Below are positions 1 to 9,618 of a stretch of DNA of 64,000 nucleotides, piece by piece. The stretch comes from an uncultured Acidobacteriota bacterium (lineage in GTDB: Bacteria > Acidobacteriota > Terriglobia > UBA7540), in contig CAWDSK010000009.1 of assembly GCA_963804995.1 (NCBI GenBank), positions 32,001-96,000 of the forward strand. The letters are read 5' to 3'. The position numbers were made by a program, and so were the translations under genes. Under the pieces are notes generated by a model, which saw nothing but the letters and a program-made list of their open reading frames with translations, was not told the origin of the DNA and did not search any database. Position 1 is the first letter of the stretch; the number at the start of each line of letters is the position of its first letter.

Positions 1-1
1 C

Positions 2-685
2 GATCGCCCGTCTGTGCATGACCCTCTTATCAAATGGATGCGCCGCAACATCCCGGCGCGCCGTCATTTGCTGACCTCCGACGCGGCCATCGCGCTTGCC
101 GCCGCAGTGGGCGACTCACCGGGAATTATTGTAATTGCGGGCACCGGCTCCATTGCCTTCGCGCGCGACGATCGCGGGCGGATTCTGCGCGCCGGGGGCT
201 GGGGCTCTCCTTTCGACAACCTCGGCGCCGGCTACGATCTTGGCCGCCGAGCCGTGACCGCAGCGCTCCAGGCTTTCGATGGGCGCGGCGCGCGCACTCG
301 CCTGCTGACCCAACTCACGCGAGTGCTCGCCCTCAAGGATATTACCGAGGTCGTTTCTAAACACCTCGAACCCCAGCAAATTGCCGCGCTCGCACCCTTG
401 GTGCTCGAGGCAGCCCACCGCGGTGACCTGGTCGCAAGTCATCTGTGCGACGAATCGGCATGCCGTCTGGCCGAATTGGCGACAGCCCTGCTCAAGCGCG
501 CGGGTTGGGTGCGCCGCAGCGTGCCGGTGGTCTGCACCGGCGGCGTGTTCCAGTCCAGCCCACTCATCCAACGTGCTTTTGCGCGCCAACTGCGCCGCTT
601 CGCACCCTTAACACGCGTCGAGTTGCTCAACCGCCCGCCGGTGGAAGGCGCGCTCTTTCTTGCGCGCTCCTTGGGAGGGAAGTAA
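2..685 (+). CDS. BadF/BadG/BcrA/BcrD-type ATPase / N-acetylglucosamine kinase-like, 5' truncated by the window edge
   Basis: Motifs SDA..AL, IAGTGS, GGWG..D.GAGY.LG, TGGVF; frame is open to the start of the window. Confidence 0.85.
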   Translation, partial: DRPSVHDPLIKWMRRNIPARRHLLTSDAAIALAAAVGDSPGIIVIAGTGSIAFARDDRGRILRAGGWGSPFDNLGAGYDLGRRAVTAALQAFDGRGARTRLLTQLTRVLALKDITEVVSKHLEPQQIAALAPLVLEAAHRGDLVASHLCDESACRLAELATALLKRAGWVRRSVPVVCTGGVFQSSPLIQRAFARQLRRFAPLTRVELLNRPPVEGALFLARSLGGK

Positions 686-1270
686 GCGGAAGGCAGAAGG
701 CCGAAAGCAGAAGGCAGAGAGCGGAAGGCAGAAAGCAGAAGGCAGAGAGCGGAAGGCAGAAGGCAGAAAGCAGAAGGCAGCGAGCGTTTTGCGCGAGTCC
801 CGACGAGTCGGGATAAGCAGAAGGCGGAAAGCAGAAAGCAGTAGGCGGTAGGCAGAAGGCAGCGAGCGGTTTGCGCGAGTCCCAACGAAGTTGGAATGCC
901 CAGGCGTCATTTGTGGCGAACAATCGCAAGGCGATGAGCAGGTCTTCATCTGCAGCAGACCAAAGGTCGCCGGGCCGGCATAAGAGCATGGCACCTGCGC
1001 CGGAGTAAGTTCTTCTGCTCGCCGCTTTCCGCATACTGCCTTCTGCTTTCTGCCTTTTGCCTTCCGCCTTCTGCCTTCTGCTTTCTGCATTCTGCTTTTT
1101 TGCTTTCCGCCTGCTGCCTACTGCATTCTGCCTGTTGCTTCTTAGCCTTCCGCCTTCCGCTAACTTCGTACCGCCTACCGCTCGCTGCCTACTGCCTACT
1201 GCCAACTGCCTACTGCCTTCCGCTTTCCGCCTTCTGCTTTCTGCCTACTGCCTTCTGCCTACTGCTTTCC
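686..1270. repeat. Inverted pair of heptamer tandem arrays (GCAGAAR-type left, YTTCTGC/CTGCCTA-type right) around a short unique spacer
   Basis: 7-bp periodicity at 686-863 and complementary 7-mers at about 1035-1270; internal duplication AGCGAGCG.TTTGCGCGAGTCCC at about 779 and about 861. Confidence 0.9.
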
Positions 1271-1317
1271 CCCAATTCCTCCCCCGCAAGTGGCGGACTT
1301 CGGGTATATTCCTACGC

Positions 1318-2118
1318 ATGCAGAATGGCGCTCCAGTTGCCCTCATCACCGGAGCTTCGCGCGGTATCGGTCGTGGAATCTCGATCGAACTCGCGCGCCT
1401 GGGCTTCAGCGTAGCGATCAATTACGCTGCCAACCGTGAGGCCGCGGAGGAATGCGCATCCCTCTGCCGCCAGACAGCGCCCGCAGATTCCCAGGCGCTT
1501 TTTGAGCCGGTCCAAGCGGATATCTCCCGCGCCGACAATCGCGCCCGTTTGCTCGAAGCCGTCCGCGAGCGCTGGGGTTGGATTGACCTGCTGGTGAACA
1601 ACGCGGGAATCGCCCCACGGGTCCGCGCCGATATTCTCCAGGCGACTGAGGAAAGCTTCGACCAGGTCCTGGCGACCAACCTCAAAGGGCCCTACTTTCT
1701 CACGCAGGCGGTGGCCAAGGTCTGGGTCCAAAACCTCCCGAAGCTTCCGCCCGAGCGCCCGAAGCCCAAGATCGTGACGATCTCCTCGGTCTCCGCCTAC
1801 GCCGCCAGCGTGAATCGAGGTGATTACTGCCTGGCCAAAGCCGGTCTCGGCATGATGACCAAGCTCTTTGCACTGCGCCTGGCCGAATACGGCATTCATG
1901 TCTTCGAGCTTCGCCCCGGCATCATCTCTACAGATATGACCTCAGCAGTGAAAGAGGTCTACGACCGCCGGATTTCCGAGGGACTGACGCCCATTCGCCG
2001 CTGGGGTACACCGGAGGACGTCGCGCGCGCCGTCGCCGCCATCGCCGAGGATCGTTTCCCGTTCTCCACAGGTGAAGTCATCAACGTGGACGGCGGATTT
2101 CATCTCGATCGCCTCTAA
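1318..2118 (+). CDS. SDR family oxidoreductase (3-ketoacyl-ACP reductase-like)
   Basis: [12 protein letters not shown], YxxxK (YCLAK). Start set at ATG 1318 because the upstream extension is repeat-derived. Confidence 0.9.
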   Translation: MQNGAPVALITGASRGIGRGISIELARLGFSVAINYAANREAAEECASLCRQTAPADSQALFEPVQADISRADNRARLLEAVRERWGWIDLLVNNAGIAPRVRADILQATEESFDQVLATNLKGPYFLTQAVAKVWVQNLPKLPPERPKPKIVTISSVSAYAASVNRGDYCLAKAGLGMMTKLFALRLAEYGIHVFELRPGIISTDMTSAVKEVYDRRISEGLTPIRRWGTPEDVARAVAAIAEDRFPFSTGEVINVDGGFHLDRL

Positions 2119-2120
2119 CT

Positions 2121-3491
2121 ATGATTCGACTCAACACAGAATTGACGCTGGAAAGCCTTAAGCCGCGACTCGAACACCTATTCGAACTTTCCGCGGCGAA
2201 AATCCATGCCCTCGCCCAAACCTGGGAACCTTCGCAGGGCGCCCCCGTCGTCACGGTCGAAGGGCGTTACACCTCGCGTGCCTGGACCGAGTGGACGCAG
2301 GGTTTTCAGTTTGGTTCGGCCCTCCTGCAGTTCGATGCCACTGGCGAGCAGCGGTTTCTCAACTACGGCCGCAATAACACCCTCGCGGTCATGGCGCCGC
2401 ACCTCACGCACTTCGGGGTTCACGACCACGGCTTCAACAATGTGAGCACTTACGGAAACCTGTGGCGTCTGGCGAAGGAGGGCAAGGCCCCCGCCGCGGA
2501 TTCCGAAAGGGCCGGCTACGAACTGGCGCTCAAAGTCAGCGGAGCCGTGCAAGCGGCGCGCTGGTCGTTCCTGCGCGATGGCCGCGGTTACATCTATTCT
2601 TTCAACGGTCCCCACTCGCTGTTCGCAGATACCATTCGCTCCTTACGTTCGCTCGCCTTGTCTCACCACCTGGGGCACGTGTTGTGGGGCGAATCCGATC
2701 AGCGCATCCCGCTGCTGGAGCGATTGGTTCATCACGCCTCGGTGAGCGCGGAGTACGCGGTGTTTTACGGTGAAGGCCGCGACCAGTACGATGTGCGGGG
2801 CCGCGTGGCGCATGAGTCGATTTTCAATGTGAATGATGGAACCTATCGCTGCCCGGGTACGCAGCAGGGTTACTCCCCCTTCAGCACCTGGACGCGCGGG
2901 CTGGCGTGGATCATGTTGGGGTTCGCGGAACAGTTGGAGTTTTTTGCCACGCTGGCCGACAACGAACTCGCTCCGCTGGGTGGACGGGACGAAATCGAAG
3001 GCGCCATGCTGCGGGCCGCGGAAGCTGCCTCAGATTTCTATATTGAGAACTCCGCCGCGGACGGCATTCCCTATTGGGACACGGGCGCGCCTAACCTCGG
3101 AAAGCTCGGCGACTACCTTCACCAGCCAAGTGATCCTTACAACGATTTTGAGCCGGTCGACAGTTCCGCCGCCGCGATCGCCGCGCAGGCCCTCTGGAGG
3201 CTCGCAAACTACTTGCAGGCAAAGTCCCCGGAGGAAAGCACGCGCTACCGACAGGCAGCACTGGTGATTGCCGCCACGCTCTTCGAGCGGCCCTACCTTT
3301 CTCACGACCCTGCACACCAGGGACTGATTTTGCATTCCATTTACCATCGTCCCCGCGGCTGGGATCACGTTCCTGCCGGGCGCAAGATCCCTTGTAATGA
3401 ATCCTCCATGTGGGGTGACTACCACGCGCGCGAATTGGCGCTTTTGCTCTTGCGGCAGATGCGCGGCGAACCGTACCTCGTCTTTTTTTGA
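2121..3491 (+). CDS. Glycoside hydrolase family 88-like (unsaturated glucuronyl hydrolase-type)
   Basis: EWTQGF, HDHGF, WTRGLAW, DSSAAAI, WGDY motifs; starts 2 bp after the SDR. Confidence 0.8.
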   Translation: MIRLNTELTLESLKPRLEHLFELSAAKIHALAQTWEPSQGAPVVTVEGRYTSRAWTEWTQGFQFGSALLQFDATGEQRFLNYGRNNTLAVMAPHLTHFGVHDHGFNNVSTYGNLWRLAKEGKAPAADSERAGYELALKVSGAVQAARWSFLRDGRGYIYSFNGPHSLFADTIRSLRSLALSHHLGHVLWGESDQRIPLLERLVHHASVSAEYAVFYGEGRDQYDVRGRVAHESIFNVNDGTYRCPGTQQGYSPFSTWTRGLAWIMLGFAEQLEFFATLADNELAPLGGRDEIEGAMLRAAEAASDFYIENSAADGIPYWDTGAPNLGKLGDYLHQPSDPYNDFEPVDSSAAAIAAQALWRLANYLQAKSPEESTRYRQAALVIAATLFERPYLSHDPAHQGLILHSIYHRPRGWDHVPAGRKIPCNESSMWGDYHARELALLLLRQMRGEPYLVFF

Positions 3492-3614
3492 CCTGTGATC
3501 CGTCTCTTTCCCGTCAAAGTGGATTGCTACTGAAGTTACAACGAGCGGCTGGTAAAATCGGAAACCCGCTTCGATTCCGAAGAACAAGCGCCCCGGCTGC
3601 GGTATACTGAGCAC

Positions 3615-3830
3615 ATGGCCACTATCGACATTGCCAATCTCAGTTTAGAGGAGCGGCTGCGGCTTCTGGATGAGCTTTGGGAGAGTCTCTCGCAAACGGC
3701 TGAGGCGATTCCGCTGACCAGCGCTCAGCGCGAGGAATTGGACCGACGGCTGGACGAGCTTGAGCGCGAAGGCCCCGTCGGCATTCCTTGGGAAGATGTG
3801 CTCCGCCGGATTCGGCGCCGCGCCCAATGA
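3615..3830 (+). CDS. Putative addiction module antitoxin component (TIGR02574-type)
   Basis: LSLEERLRLLDELWESL...ELDRRL...IPWEDV; overlaps the toxin start. Confidence 0.85.
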   Translation: MATIDIANLSLEERLRLLDELWESLSQTAEAIPLTSAQREELDRRLDELEREGPVGIPWEDVLRRIRRRAQ

Positions 3831-4120
3831 CGAGACTGCTCGTCCGCCCTGCTGCGGCTGCCGATATTGAGGAAGCGTATCGGTGGTACGAGCGCCAGCG
3901 GGTGAGCCTGGGCGAAGAGTTTCTGACGGCCGTCGATGCGACCTTACAAGACCTTGCTGCGCATCCCACCGCCTATGCGGTGATCCATCGCGAGACCAGG
4001 CGCGCCCTGCTCCACCGCTTCCCCTATGCCATCTTCTATCGCCTTTACGACGAGACCGTAATCGTCATTGCGTGCATGCACGGACGGCGCGACCCCAAGC
4101 GCTGGAAGGGCCGCGCCTGA
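3827..4120 (+). CDS. RelE/ParE family toxin
   Basis: AAADIEEAYRWYE...LGEEF, RRALLHRFPYAIFY, IACMHGRRDP; ATGA overlap with the antitoxin. Confidence 0.9.
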   Translation: MTRLLVRPAAAADIEEAYRWYERQRVSLGEEFLTAVDATLQDLAAHPTAYAVIHRETRRALLHRFPYAIFYRLYDETVIVIACMHGRRDPKRWKGRA

Positions 4121-4293
4121 CGTGAGGAAACCGGGGCTGGCGCCTCAAAGCAAGATCAGCTCTACGATTCACGTTGCTCTTCTTGTCCCCAGAATTCTCG
4201 AATGATCAACGCCGCATCCAGCCGGACGAAATCGCAGGGCTACGCTCGCCCTGCGCCAGCCTGCCAATTCCGAGACTAACCCGGCGCGGGGCA

Positions 4294-4505
4294 TAGGCGC
4301 TGGAATAACGGGTAGCGGGGTTCGAAAGCCCCGATCGGATCGGGGCGCTGTCATGTGGCCCACGGCGAGCCAGCCGTGGGAAAATGGGCAATCAATTCTT
4401 CAGCCCGCGTAGCGGGCGGGTCGCCGCGGCGACTAGCCCACGGCGAGTCAGCCCTGGGAAAAACGGCCGCCGGAACAAGTTTTTGAGCCCCGCCAGGGGC
4501 GACAT
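4294..4505. repeat. REP-like palindrome cluster; left copy of an ~83-bp inverted repeat
   Basis: GCCCCGATCGGATCGGGGC and CCCACGGCGAGCCAGCCGTGGG hairpins; 4294-4376 matches the reverse complement of 9391-9474. Confidence 0.8.
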
Positions 4506-5070
4506 CGGGTCATTCCGCGTAGCCCCTCCGTCACAGATGATCGCTCTCCCCGGGCTTTCACTCCCCACGGTGCTTAGCCGAATATACCTCCGAAAACCGC
4601 CAACCGATGAGCCGACCGGGGTTAGTCATGCGGAATGGAAATTCTGGTTTAGTGGAATCACACTTCCTCGAAGGTGACTTGCGGGGGCGTCAGGGATTGC
4701 ACATCTACGGGTTATGGCCGTTATACGGCCAAGTGGAGCGGGAGCTTCAACGACAGTGGTTCAGGCGTAATCATGTTTTCTTGTGGTAGGGGCTGCTATC
4801 GACAGATATTGGTAAACCCTTGGCGACAAGGCAGGAGCTATTTCCTCGAACCCCGTATCTGAACAGCCGAACGCATTGACTGGGGAGCCGAACAGCTGCC
4901 CAGGAGGCGGCTGCTTAACCTAATGAGCGCACCGACGGATCCGTGGGGGGTACCGGGCAACCGGTATCCCTACCGCGACCAGCCCTCCAAGCGAGATACT
5001 TCGCTCCGCAATGCCCCGCTCAGGATGGGAGGCTAAGCGGGCCGGTAATACCTATTTCGGATATACGGGG

Positions 5071-5916
5071 CTAGTCGCTCAGGACCACGCTCAAGATGCC
5101 ACTGTTAACCGTCAACGCGCCGCTGCCCGTGTAATCGACAAAGCCCAGTGTGCGGAACTTGTTCATGAAATAACTGACCCGTGACCGGGTGGTGCCGACC
5201 ATTTGGGCCAGGTGTTCCTGATTGATTCCGGGATGGACCGTTTCGGTTCTGCTTTCCTTACCAAAATGCGCCAGCAATAAGAGAATCCGGGCCAGGCGCT
5301 TTTCGCTGGAGTTGAAAAGCTGGTCGACCAGATCCTCTTCGAATCGAATGTTGCGTGAAAGGAGGTGCGTGATGAACAATTCCGAGATTCCGTGCTGCTC
5401 GTGGAGCAGACGCACCATCAGCGATTTCTCGATTCTGTAAAGAGTGCAATCACTCACCGCGATAGCCGTTGCAATGCGCAACGGCTGGCCGGCAAGGCAT
5501 CCCTCACCGAAGAACTCGTTGCCGCCCAGAATGGTGACGATCGCTTCCTTGCCTTGTTGGGAGGTCACCGCGAGTTTCACCTCGCCTTGGTGGAGATAGA
5601 AAATGGAATCCGCAGGGTCTCCCTGCATGAAGATCGTGCGGTTCGCGCCGTATTCTAGAACGGTTTTCCCGCGATCGATTCCTGCGAGGAACGCTGCCCA
5701 ATCGACAGGCTGAGTTTTCTTGTTAGCTGTAGCCAGTGTAGGCTTGCCTTTGCCGTTGGCCATGTCAACCTCAGGCGGGCTCTTCTGTGGCGTCATAACA
5801 ACCTCCGTCTGCTTGCTGAAGATATCGCGGTTCGCGGCGTATTCCAGAACAGTATTCCCGTCGGCGATTCGCGAGAGGGCGGCCTCCCCATCGGCAGGCT
5901 GGCTTTTCTTTGCCAT
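5071..5916 (-). CDS. Crp/Fnr family transcriptional regulator with duplicated N-terminal segment (true start may be 5763)
   Basis: IFMQGDPADSIFY, FFGEGCLAGQPLR, HTH LAQMVGTTRSRVSYFMNKFR. Confidence 0.9.
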   Translation of the reverse strand: MAKKSQPADGEAALSRIADGNTVLEYAANRDIFSKQTEVVMTPQKSPPEVDMANGKGKPTLATANKKTQPVDWAAFLAGIDRGKTVLEYGANRTIFMQGDPADSIFYLHQGEVKLAVTSQQGKEAIVTILGGNEFFGEGCLAGQPLRIATAIAVSDCTLYRIEKSLMVRLLHEQHGISELFITHLLSRNIRFEEDLVDQLFNSSEKRLARILLLLAHFGKESRTETVHPGINQEHLAQMVGTTRSRVSYFMNKFRTLGFVDYTGSGALTVNSGILSVVLSD

Positions 5917-6358
5917 AACACCCCCCCTCTGCTTGCTAAGGGCGCAGCCGTGGTATCAGAAGGAATCGGATTTTGGCGACAACCCGGTATCACCTCGCGG
6001 GACGGACTCGCTCCAGGGCAGCTTCAGGGTGCGAATGGCCTGCTGACTCGTTATCACTCGAATGCTTCGTCATCAACGACCACGATCTTCCGCGACGTAC
6101 GACAGTCCTCGCGGACCGAACGAGTGTATCTTCATAGGAAGAACAGGCACAATTCTACAGATTGAGTATTCGACAGTACGTTGAGGCCCTGAACCTCTAG
6201 GTGTCTCTACAGAATCTACAGTAGAGACAAATGGCAGTGGATTGATCCGTATTGAAGCTTGATTATCGTTAAGAAGTGCGTCAAGATGGGCTCCGCTGCC
6301 CGGTATTTGAGAATCCTGCCCACTCGGTTTCTTACAGAGTCCGAGTGTATTCTCTTGC

Positions 6359-6457
6359 GTGAAGCCGACCGACCGGGAACAGTTTGTCCAGGTTGTGAAG
6401 TCGGTTGAAGATTTTGGGTTGACGATCATGAAACTCCTGCAAGGAAAAACGCCATGA
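6359..6457 (+). pseudogene. C-terminal remnant of an Rcp1-like single-domain response regulator
   Basis: Translates VKPTDREQFVQVVKSVEDFGLTIMKL..*, resembling the KPVDLDQF..VVKSIEDFWLTIVKLP tail; stop overlaps the kinase ATG (ATGA). Confidence 0.6.
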
Positions 6458-8271
6458 CATCCGAGCCGATTAAGGTCTTGTTGGTGGAGGATAATCCGGG
6501 AAATATCCGCCTAATCCGGGAAATGTTGAAGGAAGCGAAGCCCGCGTTGGCTGACCTGGAGGATGCCCCAAGCTTGCTGACGGCGGTCGAGCGGCTGGCG
6601 AAGGGGGGAATCGACGCGGTGTTATTGGATCTCGGGCTCTCAGACAGCCAGGGCATTAGCACTTTTGTGGAGTTACACAATCAATTCCCCGGCACTCCCA
6701 TCGTAGTGCTAACGGGTCTTACCGATGAAAAGCTGGGCCTCCAAGCAGTCCGGGAAGGGGCGCAAGATTACCTCGTCATAGGAAAGGTGAATGGCGAGTG
6801 GCTTTGCCGCGCCATCTTCTATGCCGTTGAGCGGGTGCAAGGGAAGGAAGCGCTCGAGAAAAGCGAGGAGCAGTATCGCCTGCTCTTTGAAAAAAACCTT
6901 GCCGGGGTATACCGCACTGCCCTGGACCGCCGCCTCACGGACTGTAATGAAGCTTTCGTCAAGGTCTTCGGATTTGCCTCTCGCGAAGAGATCTTAGCTC
7001 ATCCCGTGACGGACCTTTACTTTGATCCCCGCGAGCCGGAGGCAATCACCGCCCGCCTGAGGGCGGAAAAGAGCGTCTCGAATTTAGAAATTCGCCTTAA
7101 GCGAAAAGATGGGAAGCCGGTTTGGGTTTTGGCTAACGAGAATCTGATCGAAGGGCAGGCAGGCAGCCCACCGTTCATCTTAGGGACCATCGTCGATATT
7201 ACCCGGCGCAGGGAGGCTGAGGAGGCGCTACGGCAAAGTGAAAGTCACTTGCGTGCCATTATTGAAGCCGAGCCGGAATGTGTTGCGAAAGTCGCGCCCA
7301 ACGGCGACCTCCTTCAAATGAACCCGGCGGGCCTGGCCATGATCGAGGCTGAGAGCTTTGCCGAAGTTAAGGGAAAGTCAGTCCTTCCCTTGATTGCTCC
7401 TGGGCACCAGACTGCGTTCAAAGCTCTCCTGGGGGGAGTTTGCAGCGGCAACAGAGCCAATTTAGAATTCGAGATTGTCGGGCTCAAAGGTGCGCGGCGG
7501 TGGGTGGAGTCTTATGCGGTCCCCATTGCTGATGAGACGGGATCAAGTTGCATGTTGACCGTCATGCGTGACCTCACCGAACGCAAGCAAGGTGAAGAGG
7601 CTCTGCGCGGGCTTTCTACGCGTCTGCTGCAGTTGCAGGATGAGGAGCGGCGGCGCATTGCCCGGGAACTCCACGACGCCATAGGTCAGAACCTCGTCGG
7701 TTTGGTGACGAACCTCACCCTGGCGCACAAGTCGGCTCGTACGCTTAATCCGAAAGCACGCCAAGCTCTATCTGGAAGTCTTGAGGTGGCAGAACGGTCC
7801 CTAAAGGAGATGCGTACCCTCTCCTACTTGTTACACCCGCCACTGCTTGATGAAGATGGCTTGGCTTCAGCCTTGGCTTGGTACGTTAAGGGGTTCGCCG
7901 AGCGGAGCGAAATCAAGGTCGATCTCAAAGTGTCTCCCCGTTTTGGCCGACTGCCCCAGGAGGTAGAGACGACCCTTTTTCGCGTCGTGCAGGAAAGCCT
8001 TACAAACGTCCACCGTCACTCCAAAAGTCCCACAGCCAGCATACGGCTTTCGCGGCGCGCGACTGGGGTGAAGTTAGAGATAACGGACAAAGGCCAGGGG
8101 ATGGCCACGAAGGCCCTCCACTCGGGCAATCAGGATGGCGGACAGCTTGGAGTGGGCATTATGGGCATGCGCGAGCGAGCCAGACAACTCGGGGGTCGGC
8201 TGGAAATCGATTCAAGTGGCCGAGGCACGACCGTCCGAGTGGTGATCCCGCTTCGCGAGGTCGTTCCGTGA
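6454..8271 (+). CDS. Hybrid sensor histidine kinase: receiver + 2 PAS + HisKA_3/HATPase (NarX-type)
   Basis: VLLVEDN/LLDLGL receiver, PAS/PAC repeats, ERRRIARELHD, FRVVQESLTNVHRHS, DKGQG. Confidence 0.92.
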   Translation: MTSEPIKVLLVEDNPGNIRLIREMLKEAKPALADLEDAPSLLTAVERLAKGGIDAVLLDLGLSDSQGISTFVELHNQFPGTPIVVLTGLTDEKLGLQAVREGAQDYLVIGKVNGEWLCRAIFYAVERVQGKEALEKSEEQYRLLFEKNLAGVYRTALDRRLTDCNEAFVKVFGFASREEILAHPVTDLYFDPREPEAITARLRAEKSVSNLEIRLKRKDGKPVWVLANENLIEGQAGSPPFILGTIVDITRRREAEEALRQSESHLRAIIEAEPECVAKVAPNGDLLQMNPAGLAMIEAESFAEVKGKSVLPLIAPGHQTAFKALLGGVCSGNRANLEFEIVGLKGARRWVESYAVPIADETGSSCMLTVMRDLTERKQGEEALRGLSTRLLQLQDEERRRIARELHDAIGQNLVGLVTNLTLAHKSARTLNPKARQALSGSLEVAERSLKEMRTLSYLLHPPLLDEDGLASALAWYVKGFAERSEIKVDLKVSPRFGRLPQEVETTLFRVVQESLTNVHRHSKSPTASIRLSRRATGVKLEITDKGQGMATKALHSGNQDGGQLGVGIMGMRERARQLGGRLEIDSSGRGTTVRVVIPLREVVP

Positions 8272-8924
8272 AGACGCTTCGTATTCTGGTGGCAGATGAT
8301 CACGAGGTCGTGCGGAAGGGAATGCGAGCCCTTTTGGAAGTCTGTCCCGAATGGGAAATCTGCGCGGAGGCGGCCAATGGCCGGGAGGCGGTTGAACGGG
8401 CTAAACAGACGAAGCCTGACGTGGTGGTGATGGATATCAGCATGCCGGAATTGAACGGCTTGGAAGCGACGCGACAAATCCTGAAAGCCCTCCCTAGAAC
8501 CGAGGTGCTTATCCTCACGCTTCATGAGTCCGAACAGTTAATACGCAGGGTGGTCGAATCAGGCGCTCGTGCCTACATCCTGAAGTCCGACGCAGGACGA
8601 AACTTGGTGGAGGGCGTGGCGGCGCTTGGCCGGCACAAAGGTTTTTTCTCATCCAACGTAGCCACAGCTATAGTGGAGAGCCACCTGAAAAATGGTAAGA
8701 CAACCGGCAGAACGAAGCGCAATCGTGACCTCCTGACCCCACGCGAGCGAGAAATTGTCCAGCTTCTGGCAGAAGAGAAGAGTAACAAGGAGATCGCGGC
8801 AACCTTGGGGCTCAGTGTTCACACGGTAGAAACCCACCGAAGCAACATCATGCACAAGCTCGGCACCCATTCCTTGACCGGCGTGATTCGCTACGCCCTG
8901 CGCAATAAGATTGTGCAGTTCTAG
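8268..8924 (+). CDS. NarL/LuxR family response regulator
   Basis: ILVADDHEVVRKG, MDISMPELNG, LTPREREIVQLLA..KSNKEIA HTH; GTGA overlap with the kinase. Confidence 0.93.
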   Translation: MKTLRILVADDHEVVRKGMRALLEVCPEWEICAEAANGREAVERAKQTKPDVVVMDISMPELNGLEATRQILKALPRTEVLILTLHESEQLIRRVVESGARAYILKSDAGRNLVEGVAALGRHKGFFSSNVATAIVESHLKNGKTTGRTKRNRDLLTPREREIVQLLAEEKSNKEIAATLGLSVHTVETHRSNIMHKLGTHSLTGVIRYALRNKIVQF

Positions 8925-9350
8925 AGCGTTCCGAATCCCACAAGGGCAGTTGCCAATCTATAGCTGCTTCGAGTCAGAAAGACGAATTTGGTAGGCGACT
9001 TTCCGCCACTCATCAACTCCTTTCAGATTCATATCCGTGTCGTTCGAACGATGCATGTTACTCGCCTCAAACCTACTCGAAAAAACCCCCAGTGCGGTGC
9101 GGCTCCTCATCTTGCTCTGGTGGTCACTTGGACGTATAGTCGCCGAACCGTAGAAGTGCCTCGGGCATTCAAACTCCCGAGATACGGGGTTCGAGGAAAT
9201 AACTTCCGCCTTGTCGTATCATGTTTGTCGAAGATTCCGGACGAGTGGTCGGACATGTTTTGCAAAACCACATCGGAGGGAAAAAAGCGCTCTTCGAGTC
9301 AATGCCTGACGGCTCGCCTCGCTAGGTTTTTGCCCGGCGCTGCCCGGACG

Positions 9351-9490
9351 CCGCCCCTACCGGGGCTGACGAATCTCGAAGGTCGTCAGGCGGCTGGCTC
9401 GCCGTGAGCTAAATGACAGCGCCCCGATCCGATCGGGGCTTTCGAGCCCCGCTACCCGTTATTCTAGCGCCTATACCCGGCGCGGGGCAG
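9351..9490. repeat. REP-like cluster; right copy of the ~83-bp inverted repeat
   Basis: 9391-9474 is the near-exact reverse complement of 4294-4376. Confidence 0.8.
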
Positions 9491-9618
9491 CCTTGACCCG
9501 ATTTTGTAAGCGGATTTCTGACCCTGGACACTCGCCTTTCATATACGATTGAACTCAGCAAAGTGCCGGAATCCGGCCCGAGCCGAAGCGGGAAGAAGAT
9601 TCCGAGGGAGGGGATTGC

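Noticed and set aside
439..1414. ORFs rich in AFCLLPS / RRQKAE and the 87-aa N-terminal extension of the SDR
   Set aside because: Translations of the heptamer arrays, not proteins
4315..4350. GGTTCGAAAGCCCC as a tRNA T-arm
   Set aside because: No cloverleaf; part of a REP palindrome repeated at 9.4 kb
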